A stretch of 64,000 nucleotides of DNA from Eledone cirrhosa (taxonomy: Eukaryota), in contig OZ024752.1 in the NCBI GenBank assembly GCA_964016885.1, positions 62,001-126,000 on the forward strand, read 5' to 3'. The notes below the pieces were generated by a model. The model made no database searches. It was not told the DNA's origin and was given only the letters and a program-made list of their open reading frames with translations. A program made the translations under genes and the position numbers. Below, in pieces: positions 28,426-41,880 of this stretch. Positions within the stretch are counted from its first letter, which is position 1. Each line of letters starts with the position of its first letter.

Positions 28426-28893
28426 TGTATGGACACACACACACACACATATATATATCTATATACATTTATATATTGTATATGTATATATATTTGAGTC
28501 TATATACGTGCATATATAGCTTGGTTTTACTAGCATTGAAACCGATATTTCACTAGTCAATGAGATTTTCAAGTGTTTATATATGTATATAAACATGCAT
28601 ACTAAAGGTATGCTAACGACTTTTGTTACGATTCACATACGAAAGATGTCCCATATATATATATATAGAGAGAGAGAGAGAAACTTTTATTCTGTACTTT
28701 CAAAAGCTCGATGGAAAGTGAAACATCGGTTCCATTGTTGGTACTGCCAGCATTAATATATATATATATATATATTGTATATGCGTGTATTTATTGATGG
28801 CACATCTCCCAATTTCCCTAACCAATATAGCCCCGTTGGCATATGTTCCCGGCATTAAAATCAATACAGTGTTTAAGCACATTAACTGCAAAG

Positions 28894-28968
<75 letters not shown>

Positions 28969-29277
28969 CATATACAGACATATATATATATATATATATA
29001 TATATACAAACACACACATATATATATACATATAAACATATATATACACGTATATATATATGGTATGTATGGCTGACAACGCTATTCTTTAGAATCTTTA
29101 TTGCATATTTTACCTTGGACAAAATCAATATCCGGGAATCGGTGATTGTCTGTGTGTATGTTTGTCTATATATGAGTGTTTGGTGTGCTTGTCGGGGAAT
29201 GTGTCTCTCATACGCCCACACAGATATAAACATATGACACAGTCATATGTATATGTTTACTTAAATGAAGACAGAAT

Positions 29278-29308
<31 letters not shown>

Positions 29309-29435
29309 CATACGAAAAGTACATATATACCTTTTGTCGATGAAGACTTTTTGTGATAGCAATGTGTGTACATAATATATATGTATATATATATACATAT
29401 ATTAGATTGTGTGTGTGTGTGTGTTTATATGCATT

Positions 29436-29522
<87 letters not shown>

Positions 29523-29526
<4 letters not shown>

Positions 29527-29583
29527 TCGTACACATTGCTACCACAAAAGTTTTCATCGACAAAAAAATCTGTATATATTTGC

Positions 29584-29617
<34 letters not shown>

Positions 29618-29683
29618 GCAAATACAAATATATACACATTTTTTGTCGATGAAAACTTTTGTGGTAGCAATGTGTAGGATCTA
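29523..29683. mobile_element. MITE-like inverted repeat in (TA)n
   Basis: TAGATCGTACACATTGCTACCACAAAAGTTTTCATCGACAAAAAA and its reverse complement at 29639-29683; a third partial arm at 29332-29370. Confidence 0.7.
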
Positions 29684-29684
29684 A

Positions 29685-29715
<31 letters not shown>

Positions 29716-29729
29716 ATATATGTATATTC

Positions 29730-29777
<48 letters not shown>

Positions 29778-29785
29778 GTATATTC

Positions 29786-29849
<64 letters not shown>

Positions 29850-29851
29850 TC

Positions 29852-29895
<44 letters not shown>

Positions 29896-29897
29896 TC

Positions 29898-29949
<52 letters not shown>

Positions 29950-30101
29950 GAATATACATATATATATATCGATTTTCTGTGTCCTATCCACAACTGTAAT
30001 TGCAGATAGATTCAAAAACCGAAGGTATAGCTATGGACAATGACACTGACACCACACACAAACATACTCATGTATATATATATTTATATATATATATATA
30101 T

Positions 30102-30199
30102 AACGAAGGAAATGTGGTAAGGAACCAGGTGGACCATAACGCACCAAAGTACTCAATACTTAGGGTAGTAGAGTGGGTAATAGGAACAAGTAAGACCCC
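30102..30199 (-). mobile_element. Family A mini-element, truncated
   Basis: Same sequence as 6935-7032. Confidence 0.8.
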
Positions 30200-31099
30200 A
30201 TATGTGTGTGTGTGTATGTGTGTGTGTGTGTGTGTTTGTGTGTAAACATATATATATACACAAATACAATTATATATATATATGTATATGTATGTATATA
30301 CAATTACATATGATTCCTTCTCACCCAAGAATGTTGAATGTCTATGTAGACTTATTTGGGAAATATAGTACTTGTGTGCGAGCGACTGAGCGCATGCGTA
30401 TATCGGTTTGAAGACATACAGAATATTATGTAAAGTATTTCTTAAATAGAATTTGCTGACGTTTTCGTAATAATTTTCTTTTATAAAACTGAATACCACA
30501 AAGTATTATGTCCGACGCTCTACTGATACTGCCAATACACCGCTGGTGTGTGTCACAAGGTAAGCAATTTTAGGTTCGGAGAAAATCGACTCTATCGACC
30601 ACAGACAGAAATTAATTGGTACTTTATTTTATCGAACTCTAAAGGATGAAATTCAAATTTGGCCTCGTTGGAATTCTGAACTCTGAACGTCGAAAAATCA
30701 TAATTAACTACCCCAAGGCATGTCGTCGAATATTCTACTGGTTCTACCAATCCACCACCTTTGGGTACAGTAGCCTATTGCTGGGGACACGTACATGTTC
30801 AGCTGGACCCCCTACTCACCCCAATTGTCGGAAATTTGTAAATTTTGTGCCATCTCTTTTAAGTTCCCAAATCATTCTTCTCACGCTTTTCCCCACTTCG
30901 TCCTTAACCCTGTTTCTTGTAGTCTCTCTCTGTCTTATGTCATCTGCCGTTCAGTTGGGTACACGGCTAAAATCTCGTCGGAAGATGTGTCGCAGTCATA
31001 TCACTGGCAATTTTACTAACATCCATTTGACTTAAGAATCTTTGGGGAAATTTGAAATTTGAAATGTAGTTGACCAAACTCAGATGATTATAATAATAA

Positions 31100-31915
31100 T
31101 AATATTGCTAGGGCAAGATTTTGTTGATATTCTGAACTTAGTGGTAGATGAAATGAACAATGATAGTGGAAAAACTATGAACCTAAGATAGATTTGTAGA
31201 CAGGAAACATTTAAAAGAAACGACAGTTAAGGTAAACAGAGTCGGGTGAAGTACCAGAGTGGTTGACAAAAGGTACCACAATTCTGGTAATGAAAGATCG
31301 AATCAAGGGTAATGAGATTACCAACTATAGACCTATCACATGTCTGTCCGTAATGTGGAAACTGTTAACAAGCATTGTGTCTGAGGAAATCTATCACTTC
31401 CACATAAACAACTTATTGCCGGGCGAACAGAAAGGATGCCGAAAGAAGTCACGTGGTACAAAAGACCAGTTACTTATTGATAAGATGGTAATACGAAATT
31501 GCAAGAGGAGGCACTCTGGTCTTGCCATGGGATGGATAGATTACAAGAAGGCATTCGACATGGTTCCTCATTCTTGGATAACCAAAAGCCTAGAGATCTT
31601 CAAGGTGGCAGACAACATCAGATATTAAGTAAAAGTATAAAGTCCTGGGAAACAGAGCAACTATCAGGTGGAGAATCCTTGGGAGGTATGAAGATCAAGA
31701 GAGGTATCTTCCAAGGAGATAGTTTGTCCCATTTGTTATTTGTTCTTACCCTCATACCCTTGTACCCCATACTGTGAAAAGTGAAAGCAGGATACAAGCT
31801 GGGAAGAGGAGAGCTTACCATCAACCACCTCCTCTTCACGGACGATCTTAAACTCTTCGGGAAGAGTGAGAAGGAGTTGGATGTACTTGTTAACACTGTC
31901 CGTATTTTCAGCAAC
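31100..31915 (+). pseudogene. Decayed, internally deleted R4/Dong-like RT fragment
   Basis: [28 protein letters not shown]; homologous to 35530-35660 and 36375-37060. Confidence 0.85.
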
Positions 31916-31984
31916 TTCCCTCTCTACCCTGATTTCCTTTTCAAATGAAATTTCAAAAAGTTAATCAGGGCATCACCGAAGAGG

Positions 31985-32527
31985 TAAGTGCTCGTCTTCA
32001 GCCCTTTCAGACGCGTCCACCATACTATCTCTTTCGCCATCGCCACCAGACAGATAAAAACTGCCTGCCCTTCCCGGCTAAAGAAGAGGGCGGAGCAATC
32101 CTCACAATGGACTCAGCTGATAGGCGGATCCGTTCTATACGCGACAGCAGGTGTTCGACATAAACCCACAAGTCAGCAATGCTCGGACACTGGACGAGTG
32201 CATGCAGGACGGTTTCGTCGCCCTGCGTGCATCTCGGACATGCCCGGCTGACGGCACTTCGATGCCTGTAGAGTTTATCCCGAACTGGAAAAGCTCCTCG
32301 GTAGCACTGTCAGGCCAGGGATTTCTGGAAGTTGTCCATAGGCCCCGGCCCGAAAGTTCTTCCGAAGAGATTGGCTAGTTGATTTTCGTCGACGCCTAGA
32401 GTTTCCTCAAGTACGTCGTCGCTCTTCCCCTCCACTAATCCTCTATAGAACGCCAAGGTGGAGTTTCCACCGATCACATTGCCCGACTGGTCGAGGGCTG
32501 TGAGCGCTTGAAGACATTCCAGTCTCC
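31985..32527 (-). mobile_element. Inverted Tx1-like ORF2 fragment
   Basis: Reverse complement resembles ~22085-22615. Confidence 0.75.
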
Positions 32528-32536
32528 AATAATAAT

Positions 32537-32722
32537 TGTTTCTACTTTTGGCACAAGGCCAGCAATTATATCAGTGTATTACTGGTACTTTATTTTATCG
32601 ACCCAGTAAGGATGAAAGGCAAAGTTAACCTCGGCGGGATTTGAACTCAGTCCGTAAAGGGACGTAACTGTGCTGCAAAGCATGGCGTCCGACCCTCTAC
32701 AGATACTGCCAATCCACCGCCC
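32537..32722 (-). mobile_element. Full-length SINE with target-site duplication
   Basis: Direct repeat TCCAGTCTCCAATAATAAT at 32518-32536 and 32723-32741. Confidence 0.85.
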
Positions 32723-32761
32723 TCCAGTCTCCAATAATAATGATGATAATAATAATAATAA

Positions 32762-34353
32762 TTGCCCTGATACCCCTGACCGTTATATTGCGAAAGTGAG
32801 AGCAGGATACAAGTTGGGAAAAGGAGAGCTTACCATCAACCACCTCCTCTTCATGGACGATCTTAAACTCTTTGGGAAGAGTGGGAAAGAGTTGGATGTA
32901 CTTGTTGACACTGTCCGTATTTTCAGCAATGATATATGCATGGAATTTGGTATTAATAAGTGTGGAGTCCTAGTGATGAAGAGGGGTAAATTGAGCAGAA
33001 GCAACGGAATCCGGGCACCAACAGGTGAGATGATAAAGGAAATTGACACTGAGGAGGGATACAAATATTTAGGTGTTCTGGAGGCAGATGACATCAAGAA
33101 CAAAAAAATGAAGGAATTGATAAGATCTGAGTACATAAGAAGAGTTAGGAGCGTACTAAAATCACATCTAAATAGTAGGAATGTCATAAGTGCAGTAAAT
33201 TCCCGAGCTGTGTCTATTATTAGGTACAGTGCGGGAATTCTGAAATGGAATGTTGCTGAACAAAAATAAATATATAGGAAGACTAGGAAGCTATTGACTA
33301 TCTACAACATGTTCCAGAAGAGGAGTGATGTCGATAGACTCTACTTAAAGAGATCTGAAGGTGGAAGAGGTCTTATCAGCATCGAGTCTTATCAGTATGT
33401 GACTGACAGTAGGGAGCCAATGCTCAACATTGTATTGAAGGAGAAGACAATAGACCAGGGGATGTCCAAGGAGGAAATAACAACAAGGAGGAAGAGCAAC
33501 GTTCATGAAAAATCCTTTCATAGTACCTTCTTTAAGAAAACGGAATTTAGAGATCCACAGACATGGATCTGGTTAAAAAGAGGAGACCTTAAAAAAGCTA
33601 CAGAAGGAATGCTAATGGCTGCGCAAGAGCAATCCCTCAGAACGAAGTGGGTGAAACACCATATTGACAAAGAGGAAGCTAGCTCACTGTGTAGTATCTG
33701 TGGAGAGAGAGAGAGAGAGAGAGAGAGAGGGGAGACTGTAGCTCACATTGTATCCGAGTGTAAACACCTAGCCCAGACTCACTCTAAAGGCTAGAGAGAG
33801 GCTGTGATAGGCAGGGTGATCCACCGGCACCTATGCAAAGTAAACAATTTACCACATTCGGAGAAGTGGTATGAGCATAAGCCAGAGACGGTGGTGGAAA
33901 ACGATCAGCTGAAGGTGCTATGGGATTTTAGGATATAGACAGATAAAAAATTACAACACAATAGGCCTGACCTGGTGGTTTTGGACAAGGAAAAAAGATC
34001 GTACCTGATTGTAGATGTAGCCTGCCCATTTGACATGGGAGTGCAAGAAAAGGAGAGGGAGAAAATTAACTGATACCAGAATTTAAAGTGGGAGTTAAAA
34101 AGGATTTGGAACTGCCATGAAATCAAGGTCGTCCCGATTGTCATAGGTGCACTAGGTACTATCTCAAAGTGTTTTCAAGGATGGTTAAAGAACATTAGCC
34201 CAGCCCCTTTTTTTGGAACACTTCAAAAGGCATGCTTGCTGGGAACAGCAAGAACCCTCCGATACGTCTTGAATATCTGAGGCTGCAAGTACCGGCTTGA
34301 TATTCATTTCAACAAGCTTTCCAGTTAAATAACATCAATGACTGAGACTCAAA

Positions 34354-34398
<45 letters not shown>
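32762..34398 (+). mobile_element. 5'-truncated R4/Dong-like copy with (AAT)n on both sides
   Basis: Homologous to 36890-38495; in-frame stops and an (AG)n expansion; (AAT)n tail 34354-34398. Confidence 0.9.
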
Positions 34399-34400
<2 letters not shown>

Positions 34401-35026
34401 CTGCCACCGCTACAGCACCATCACTACAGTAATACGGTCGCATCACCGCCACCACTGCCTCGGTATCGACATCACCACCACCACTGTCTCAGTATCGCCA
34501 ACGCCGCCAGTCTCCCACTTCTCCCTGCTGGCTGCCACTTCCACATTATAGAATTCCTACTATTAACAAAGAGGAAGGCATCAAAATATATAGATAGACT
34601 CAAAAGAAAAAAGAAAAAACAAACAACAAAACCAAAGCAGCACAGCAACAACAGCAAAAAACGAGAAAAACAAACAGAGAAAAACAAAAACAAAAAAAGA
34701 AACCCCAAAAACGTAAAGAAAATAAGAATGAAGAGAGAAGCAGGCGGACGGACAGAGAAGAGGGGGGAAAAAGTAAAACTTAAAAAACAAAAACTAAGTC
34801 AGACATTCGAATACTACATTACAATGAAACTTATGCTTATTCATTTTTGGGGCCCTTTCTGCCCGTGTGTTTGTTTGTTTATGTGTGTTCGTATACAGCG
34901 TGGTGATAATGCCACACAAGGGCCAAGTGGGATGGCGGATCCACAGATGGCTATGTAAACATACATTCGCCAATCCTCGATAAGAGTGTTTAAATATCGA
35001 ACATAAACAGTTCGAATAACGGTGAA

Positions 35027-38000
35027 ATGGAGACTAGAACGTCATGTGACAGACTCTCACCCAACAGGTGCCCCCTGGCTCAGCAGCAGGAACCTGACTG
35101 TCAACCAAATACTGCTGATGTTGGAGGAAGAAGAAGAAGGAAAGGGGCCAGAACCAACTGGACGAAAGAATTGAATAGAACTGTTATGCAATGCTACCTG
35201 AAAAGTAACCCCAAGGAGAGGGGCTACAGGAGACGGATGCATAACATCTGGAACGAGATTGGTTTATTTAAATTAGATGAACAAAAATTGGCCGGGCAGG
35301 CTCGGGTAATAAGAACTAATGGGTGGATAAGCGAGCTGGAACTGGAGGAACTGAGCAGAGAGAATGGCTTGGAGATGGCGGGTGTAGTATGCCAGACAAG
35401 CGAGCCGGCGGGAAATGAAGGTGAGGAGGTCCTGAGAACGGAGGAACCACCCGAAGCAGACAATGATCTGAATACTGAGATAAATAATACCTGGAACAGA
35501 GATACGGCCACTGAGGAGATGAATGCTGACGGGCTAGGACAAGATTCGGTTGACATCCTAAATTTAGTGGTAGATGAGTTGAACAATGATAGTGGGAGAC
35601 CTATGAACCTAAGATTTGTAGACAGGAAAAAGTTAAAAGAAACAACAGCTAAGGTAAACAAAGTCATCCCATACCTTGAGGCGAGGAGTCTTCACCAGTG
35701 CAACAATATCCTCAAAGCAACAGCAAATACGGTGAGGAAACTACTTGGTATAAAAGCGAGAGGAAACAACAGACAAGAAAGAGCAGAGCCGTGGTGGAAG
35801 AAGCGACTGAGTGGGCAAATCGGGGAAATGAGAAATGACATAGGAAAGCTTGAGTCACTACTGAATGGGACACTAAAAAACATAGGCACTAAAAATAGAC
35901 TGGAAATAAAATACAAAACTAGGAGTAAAAAGCTAAATATTATCATAGAGGAATTGAAGCAACGCATTGTAGCAAAGAGTGCCAAAATCAGGCGATACGA
36001 GAACAGAGTCAGTCAGTATAAACAGAACCGCATGTTCGACAACAACCAGAAGATGCTGTTTGGACAGCTTGAGGGGAAAGAAAGAGGCAACGACTTGATC
36101 CCTGGGGCGGAACAAGCTAAAACATTCTGGAGAGGAATATGGGAGCAGGATGTTAGACACAATGCCCAGGCAGGGTGGATTGAGACAGTACAGAGGGAGA
36201 TCGGTGAGCAGGCACAACAACAGACTGATTTGAGTATCACAGTTGAAACTCTTAAGGGGCAAGCCAAAAAACTAACCAACTGGAAATCACCAGGCCCAGA
36301 TGGTGTGCAGGGGTATTGGATTAAACATTTAACATCCCTCCACCCGAAGCTGACGGCCATGTTCAATGACTGCTTGGTGTCGGGTGAGGTGCCAGAGTGG
36401 TTGACAAAAGGTACCACAGTTCTGATAATGAAAGACCGAATCAAGGGTAATGATGTTACCAACTATAGACCTATCACATGTCTGCCCGTAATGTGGAAAC
36501 TGTTGACGAGCATTGTGTCTGAGGAAATCTACCATCACCTCCACACAAACAACTTGTTACCGGACGAACAGAAAGGATGCCGAAAGAAGTCACGTGGTAC
36601 AAAGGACAAGTTGCTTATTGATAAGATGGTAATGGGGAATTGCAGGAGGAGACACACTGATCTTGCCATGGGATGGATAGACTACAGAAAGGCATTTGAC
36701 ATGGTGCCTCATTCCTGGATCACCAAAAGCCTGGAGATCTTCAGGGTGGCAGATAACATCAGACAGTTGCTGGGCAGGAGTATGGGGTCCTGGGAGACAG
36801 AGTTGACATCAACTGGAGTATCCTTGGGAAGCGTGAAGATCAAGAGAGGTATCTTCCAGGGAGATAGCCTGTCCCCTCTGTTGTTTGTCCTTGCCCTGAT
36901 GCCCTTGACCATTATGCTGCGAAAAGTGAGAGCAGGATACAAGTTGGGAAGGGGAGAGCTTACCATCAATCACCTCCTCTTCATGGACGATCTTAAGCTC
37001 TTCGGGAAAAGTGAGAAGGAGTTGGATGTGCTTGTTAACACTGTCCGTATTTTCAGCAGTGATATATGTATGCAGTTTGGTATTGGTAAATGTGGAGTCA
37101 TTGTGATGAAGAGGGGTAGGTTGAGCAGAAGTAACGGGATCCAGATACCAACAGGTGAGATGATAAAGGAAATTGACTCTGAGGAAGGATACAAGTATTT
37201 GGGCGTTCTGGAGGCTGATGGCATAAAGAACAAAAAAATGAAGGAATTGTTAAGAACTGAATACATTCGGAGAGTAAGGAGCGTATTGAAGTCACATCTG
37301 AACAGCAGAAATGCCATAAGCGCAGTAAATTCCCGAGCTGTGTCTATTATTAGGTACAGTGCGGGAATTCTGAGATGGAATGTTGCTGAACAAAAAGAAA
37401 TGGATAGGAAGACTAGGAAGCTATTGACTATCTACAACATGTTCCACAAGAGGAGTGATGTCGATAGACTCTACCTAAGGAGATCTGAGGGTGGAAGAGG
37501 TCTTATCAGCATAGAGGACTGTGTTCAGATGGAGAAAAACAACCTATACAAATACGTGACCTATAGTAAGGAGCCAATGCTCAGAGCTGTACTGAAGGAG
37601 GGGACAGTAGGCCAGGGGATATCCAAGGAGGAAATAACATCAAGGAGGAAGAGCAGCCTTAAGGGAAAATCCCTTCATAGTACCTTCTTTGAGAAAACTG
37701 AATTTAGAGATCCACAGACATGGAACTGGTTGAGAAGAGGAGACCTCAAAAAGGCTACAGAAGGAATGCTAATGGCTGCGCAGGAGCAGGCCCTCAAAAC
37801 GAAGTGGTTGAAGCACCATATCTACAAGGAGGAGGCTAGCCCACTGTGCAGGATCTGTGGAGAGAGAGAGGAGACTGTGGCTCACATTGTGTCCGAGTGT
37901 AAACACCTAGCCCAGACCCACTATAAGGGCTGGAGACACGATGTGATGGGCAGGGTGATCCACTGGCACCTGTGCAAAGTAAACAATCTACCACATTCTG

Positions 38001-38419
38001 AGAAATGGTATGAGCATAGGCCAGAGGCGGTGATGGAGAACAGTCAGGTGAAGGTGCTGTGGGATTTTAGGATACAGACGGACAAAAAACTGGAACACAA
38101 TAGACCTGACCTGGTGGTTGTGGACAAAGAAAAAAGATCGTGCCGGATTGTGGATGTGGCCTGCCCGTTCGACACGAGAGTGCAAGAGAAGGAGAGGGAG
38201 AAAATTAACCGATACCAGGACCTAAAGTGGGAGGTGAAAAGGATTTGGAACTGCCATGAAGTCAAAGTGATCCCGATTGTCATAGGCGCACTGGGGACTA
38301 TCTCCAAAGGTTTCCAGGGATGGTTAAAGAAAATCGGCCCCTTCACGCTTTTTGGAACGCTTCAAAAGGCATGCTTGCTTGGAACAGCAAGAACCCTCCG
38401 ATACGTCCTGAATATCTGA
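35027..38419 (+). CDS. Intact R4/Dong-like non-LTR retrotransposon protein (RT, CCHC zinc knuckle, restriction-like endonuclease)
   Basis: Uninterrupted 1130 aa; KSPGPDG, YRPITCL, DYRKAFD, GIFQGDSLSP, LFMDD, YKYLG; CRICG..ETVAHIVSEC; RHD; RPD..DVACP..KINRY; short 3'UTR then (AAT)n. Confidence 0.95.
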   Translation: METRTSCDRLSPNRCPLAQQQEPDCQPNTADVGGRRRRKGARTNWTKELNRTVMQCYLKSNPKERGYRRRMHNIWNEIGLFKLDEQKLAGQARVIRTNGWISELELEELSRENGLEMAGVVCQTSEPAGNEGEEVLRTEEPPEADNDLNTEINNTWNRDTATEEMNADGLGQDSVDILNLVVDELNNDSGRPMNLRFVDRKKLKETTAKVNKVIPYLEARSLHQCNNILKATANTVRKLLGIKARGNNRQERAEPWWKKRLSGQIGEMRNDIGKLESLLNGTLKNIGTKNRLEIKYKTRSKKLNIIIEELKQRIVAKSAKIRRYENRVSQYKQNRMFDNNQKMLFGQLEGKERGNDLIPGAEQAKTFWRGIWEQDVRHNAQAGWIETVQREIGEQAQQQTDLSITVETLKGQAKKLTNWKSPGPDGVQGYWIKHLTSLHPKLTAMFNDCLVSGEVPEWLTKGTTVLIMKDRIKGNDVTNYRPITCLPVMWKLLTSIVSEEIYHHLHTNNLLPDEQKGCRKKSRGTKDKLLIDKMVMGNCRRRHTDLAMGWIDYRKAFDMVPHSWITKSLEIFRVADNIRQLLGRSMGSWETELTSTGVSLGSVKIKRGIFQGDSLSPLLFVLALMPLTIMLRKVRAGYKLGRGELTINHLLFMDDLKLFGKSEKELDVLVNTVRIFSSDICMQFGIGKCGVIVMKRGRLSRSNGIQIPTGEMIKEIDSEEGYKYLGVLEADGIKNKKMKELLRTEYIRRVRSVLKSHLNSRNAISAVNSRAVSIIRYSAGILRWNVAEQKEMDRKTRKLLTIYNMFHKRSDVDRLYLRRSEGGRGLISIEDCVQMEKNNLYKYVTYSKEPMLRAVLKEGTVGQGISKEEITSRRKSSLKGKSLHSTFFEKTEFRDPQTWNWLRRGDLKKATEGMLMAAQEQALKTKWLKHHIYKEEASPLCRICGEREETVAHIVSECKHLAQTHYKGWRHDVMGRVIHWHLCKVNNLPHSEKWYEHRPEAVMENSQVKVLWDFRIQTDKKLEHNRPDLVVVDKEKRSCRIVDVACPFDTRVQEKEREKINRYQDLKWEVKRIWNCHEVKVIPIVIGALGTISKGFQGWLKKIGPFTLFGTLQKACLLGTARTLRYVLNI

Positions 38420-38492
38420 GGCTGCAGGTAGTGGCTTGATATTCAATCCAACGGACTTTCCAGTTAACCAACATCAATGACTGAGATTCAAG

Positions 38493-38505
38493 GAATAACA
38501 ATAAC

Positions 38506-38555
<50 letters not shown>

Positions 38556-38569
38556 TAATAACAATAATA
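38493..38569 (+). repeat. (AAT)n tail or target of the Dong-like element
   Basis: Directly visible after a ~75-nt 3'UTR shared with 34280-34353. Confidence 0.9.
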
Positions 38570-39152
38570 AATCACTATATATAATTATTGAAAAAATCGG
38601 AAGAAAGTGGACAGAGCTACCTCTCGTTGGTCATATGATCTTGTCATCTGAATTGTAATATTTTTACGTAAGGCTTTGTGTTCAAAAGTTAGTGATTTAA
38701 CTTCAAATGTAATAGTTCTGTGCCAAGATCGATATCTACGAAGTAATATTGATCTTATCAAGGATACTAGCAACATTTTCATTTTTAGCAATTTTCTAGC
38801 ACAATTCGCTACTTTTTGAAAAAAAATTCGTGCAACTTTTTCGATGAAATTCAACTGATAACTCTGATTGAAGGCAGCTCGATCGATTGGAATAGTAGAA
38901 CAAGAAATGAAATGTCTACTTGTATTTACTTATGCAACTTTAAACTCAGCCTAGGCTGACTTTCACTTTCACCCTAATAATGGTCGACAAAGTAAGTACA
39001 TGTCCACTTCCCACAAGTTTCTGCTTTGTGTCAATGTTGTATGTATAGAACCGGGCTTCATTTTGGATTCGGGGCATATCAAACCTGGCGGAGCCTATCC
39101 CTCTCCAGTTCCAAGTAGGGTCGATTTCTTCCAGAGAAGGAGAGAGAGAAGC

Positions 39153-39196
<44 letters not shown>

Positions 39197-39233
39197 ACAG
39201 AGAGAGAGAAAGGGAGAAACAAAACAGACAGAT

Positions 39234-39273
<40 letters not shown>

Positions 39274-39444
39274 AGAGCGTGTGTGAGAGAGAGAGTAAGA
39301 GAGAAAGAAACAAAACAGACAGACACACACACATATACACAGACATACACACAGACAGACACACACACACACATATATATATATAGAGAGAGAGTGGAAG
39401 TGTGAGAAATAGATACAATTCGGCTCCAGTATTGGACTGATAAT

Positions 39445-39850
39445 TAAAAAATTATAATTTTTTAATTGACCTCGAAAGGATGAAAGGCAAAGCTGACCTC
39501 GGCGGATTTTAAATTCAGAGAACAGAGTCGGAACGAATACTGCACAGTATTTTGTCCGACGCTCTAACGGCTCTTCCAATTTGCCGTCTTTACGTCTACG
39601 TTAGGAATCATTATATAATTTAGATGTTAGGACGGTGGATTTGGAGGATCGCTAGAGCGTCGGATACATCATTTTACGGTATTCGTTCCGGTATTCAGCT
39701 CTCTGAGGTCAAATCCCTTCCAGGTCAACTTTGCTTGTCACCCTTCCGGGATTGATAAATGAAGTGCAGGACAAGCACTGTGATCGATATAATCGATTTT
39801 CCCCTCCCCCAAAAATTGCTGGCCATGCACCAAAATTAGGAACCATTATA
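39445..39850. mobile_element. Two older SINE copies, head to head (minus then plus)
   Basis: Diverged cores at ~39465-39587 (minus) and 39630-39850 (plus). Confidence 0.65.
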
Positions 39851-40314
39851 TATTTAATATGTCAATTGCATTGTTATTTAACCTCAGGTAATCTTGATCG
39901 TAAAGTGGTAAGAAATTCCCAAGGGAGCAGGAAAGCAGAAGGTTTTCAGAGAAGAAAACCCCCTCAAGCAAGTGTTGTGGCCCTTAACATCTTCCACTCT
40001 AAGGGCCGTATCGAGGTCATGACTTCTGGGTGCCCTTCTGCTGACATTTAGCCATTCGGATATCGGAGACTTGTGTATTTAAACCGTATGGAGGTTTTAT
40101 TTTACAGGATTTAGCTGGAGCTACTTTCTGTTGCCTCTGCTTGCAAACTTATATTTAAGCCATTTCTTGAGAAAGAACTATAACCAATAGTATGTGTATA
40201 AAGAACTACATCTGCTAACATCTACTGACCTTATATACGGATGTAATTTGAGGAAGTTTTGGCTGCTATTTCCAACAGGTCAAGTAATAACGTAGAGGCA
40301 GTGCCATTAGCCTG

Positions 40315-40620
40315 AGGGCCCATGGCCTTATGGTTAAGGTATTCGGGTCATAATCGTATGGTCGTGAATTCGCTTCCTGGCGGCACGGTGTGTCTTTGAA
40401 GCAAGACATTTTATTTCACGTTGCTCCAGTCCACTCAACTGGTAAAACTGAGTTGTACCTGTAATTTAAAGGGGGTAACCTCGTCACACACTGCATCGCG
40501 TTACGCTAAATCACTCTGAGAATGACGTTGTATACGTGTATACGTGCACGATAATTTCACGAGCGGGCTGTCACGTTGACCGAACTACTGGAAAACTCGA
40601 CGTCGTAACCGACGGAGGTT
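40315..40620 (+). mobile_element. Second SINE family copy
   Basis: tRNA-like head and GCAAGACATTTTATTTCACGTTGCTCCAGTCCACTCA core; followed by (CAA)n; related reverse copy at ~50490-50625. Confidence 0.65.
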
Positions 40621-40665
40621 CAACAACAACAATAACAACCATAACAACAAGAACAACAACAACAA

Positions 40666-40696
<31 letters not shown>

Positions 40697-41462
40697 AACT
40701 CTCATTAACTCTATAATACAATATATTGATCGTATTGGTAAAACGACAGAAAGAATACCTTCTGGTATTCTGCCTTCCTTTACATTCAGAATTCATATCT
40801 TGTTAAAGCTGACTATGTCATTTATCTTTCGGCGGTCGATGAAATAAAGTACCAGTGAAGTATCGGAGCTGATACAATCGACTATATAGCCATCCACACC
40901 AAACGTGTGACCTTTATGACCATATTATAACTAATCATATATTATACATGTACACTAACGCAAATACATGATATCATATCTAATTCTCAACGAAATTCTA
41001 TTGTCAATGTGACAGAGATTCAAGTGTTAGCCTCGTTCAAATACAATCTAATTTATTAATGAGATCTTACACTCATCTTATACATTCTTCCTGTCTAGTT
41101 CTCTACAGACGTTATTATAATCAAACATTATTGTTATGGCTATGTGTGTGTGTGTTTGAATGTGTGTGTGTAAGTGTAAATACATACATATATATACTTA
41201 CATATACACAATATCTACCAACATTGCATAAATATATGCTTACATACACACATACACACACAAACATACACACGCACACACACACACACATACACACATA
41301 TATATACTATATTGTATGAAATATTGGCAAACTTCATACAATACAGTATATTTACGTCTATGATGACACATTGAGGGTTCATTCTTTAGTTATTACAACT
41401 ATACATTCAGGCTATATATATATATATATATGAAAAACCACAAACCCTTCACCTCAATTCTA

Positions 41463-41498
41463 CTTTTGAAAAGCACAAGAACTGCGAAACCGGTAAAG
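41463..41498 (+). ncRNA. Degenerate hammerhead motif in a ~130-bp TA-flanked element
   Basis: CTT-TTGAAAA-GCA(CAAGAAC)TGC-GAAA-CCGG-T-A-AAG, then AATAAA; core differs from CTGAAGA at two positions. Confidence 0.5.
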
Positions 41499-41880
41499 GA
41501 ACCAAATAAATATTCTTAAAAAGACTCCAGTTGCATTTTCCATTTCATATTTTTTCCTTATATATATATATATAGTTTTTATCATTTAGTTACTATTGGT
41601 TAACTAGTTTGAGCCCTCAATGCCAATATGGGTTCAGTTGCCCACCCCTCACCAGATCTGAACACTGGCGATATCTTCCAGAGATGGAGGAACAGTGAAT
41701 GAAAATGGTAAAGATAGGTAAAGGAAGAATCGAAGCCAGTACTGGATTGGTATTTCATTTATCATTATCGGAAAAAGTTGACTTTGTGGGGATTTGAAAT
41801 CAGATCGCAGTGAACCGAAACAAATAAGTCTAAAGTCTGTCTGGAATGTTCATCAGGACGGTGTTAACTCCGGTTTCCAT

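Noticed and set aside
34851-34925. GGCCCTT/AAGGGCC pairing upstream of the Dong ORF as an HDV-like ribozyme
   Set aside because: No recognisable L3, P1.1 or J4/2; may be ordinary UTR structure.
34338-34958. 206-aa Lys-rich ORF before the Dong ORF
   Set aside because: Built from an AAT tail, CAC repeats and A-rich low-complexity sequence; no domain signal.
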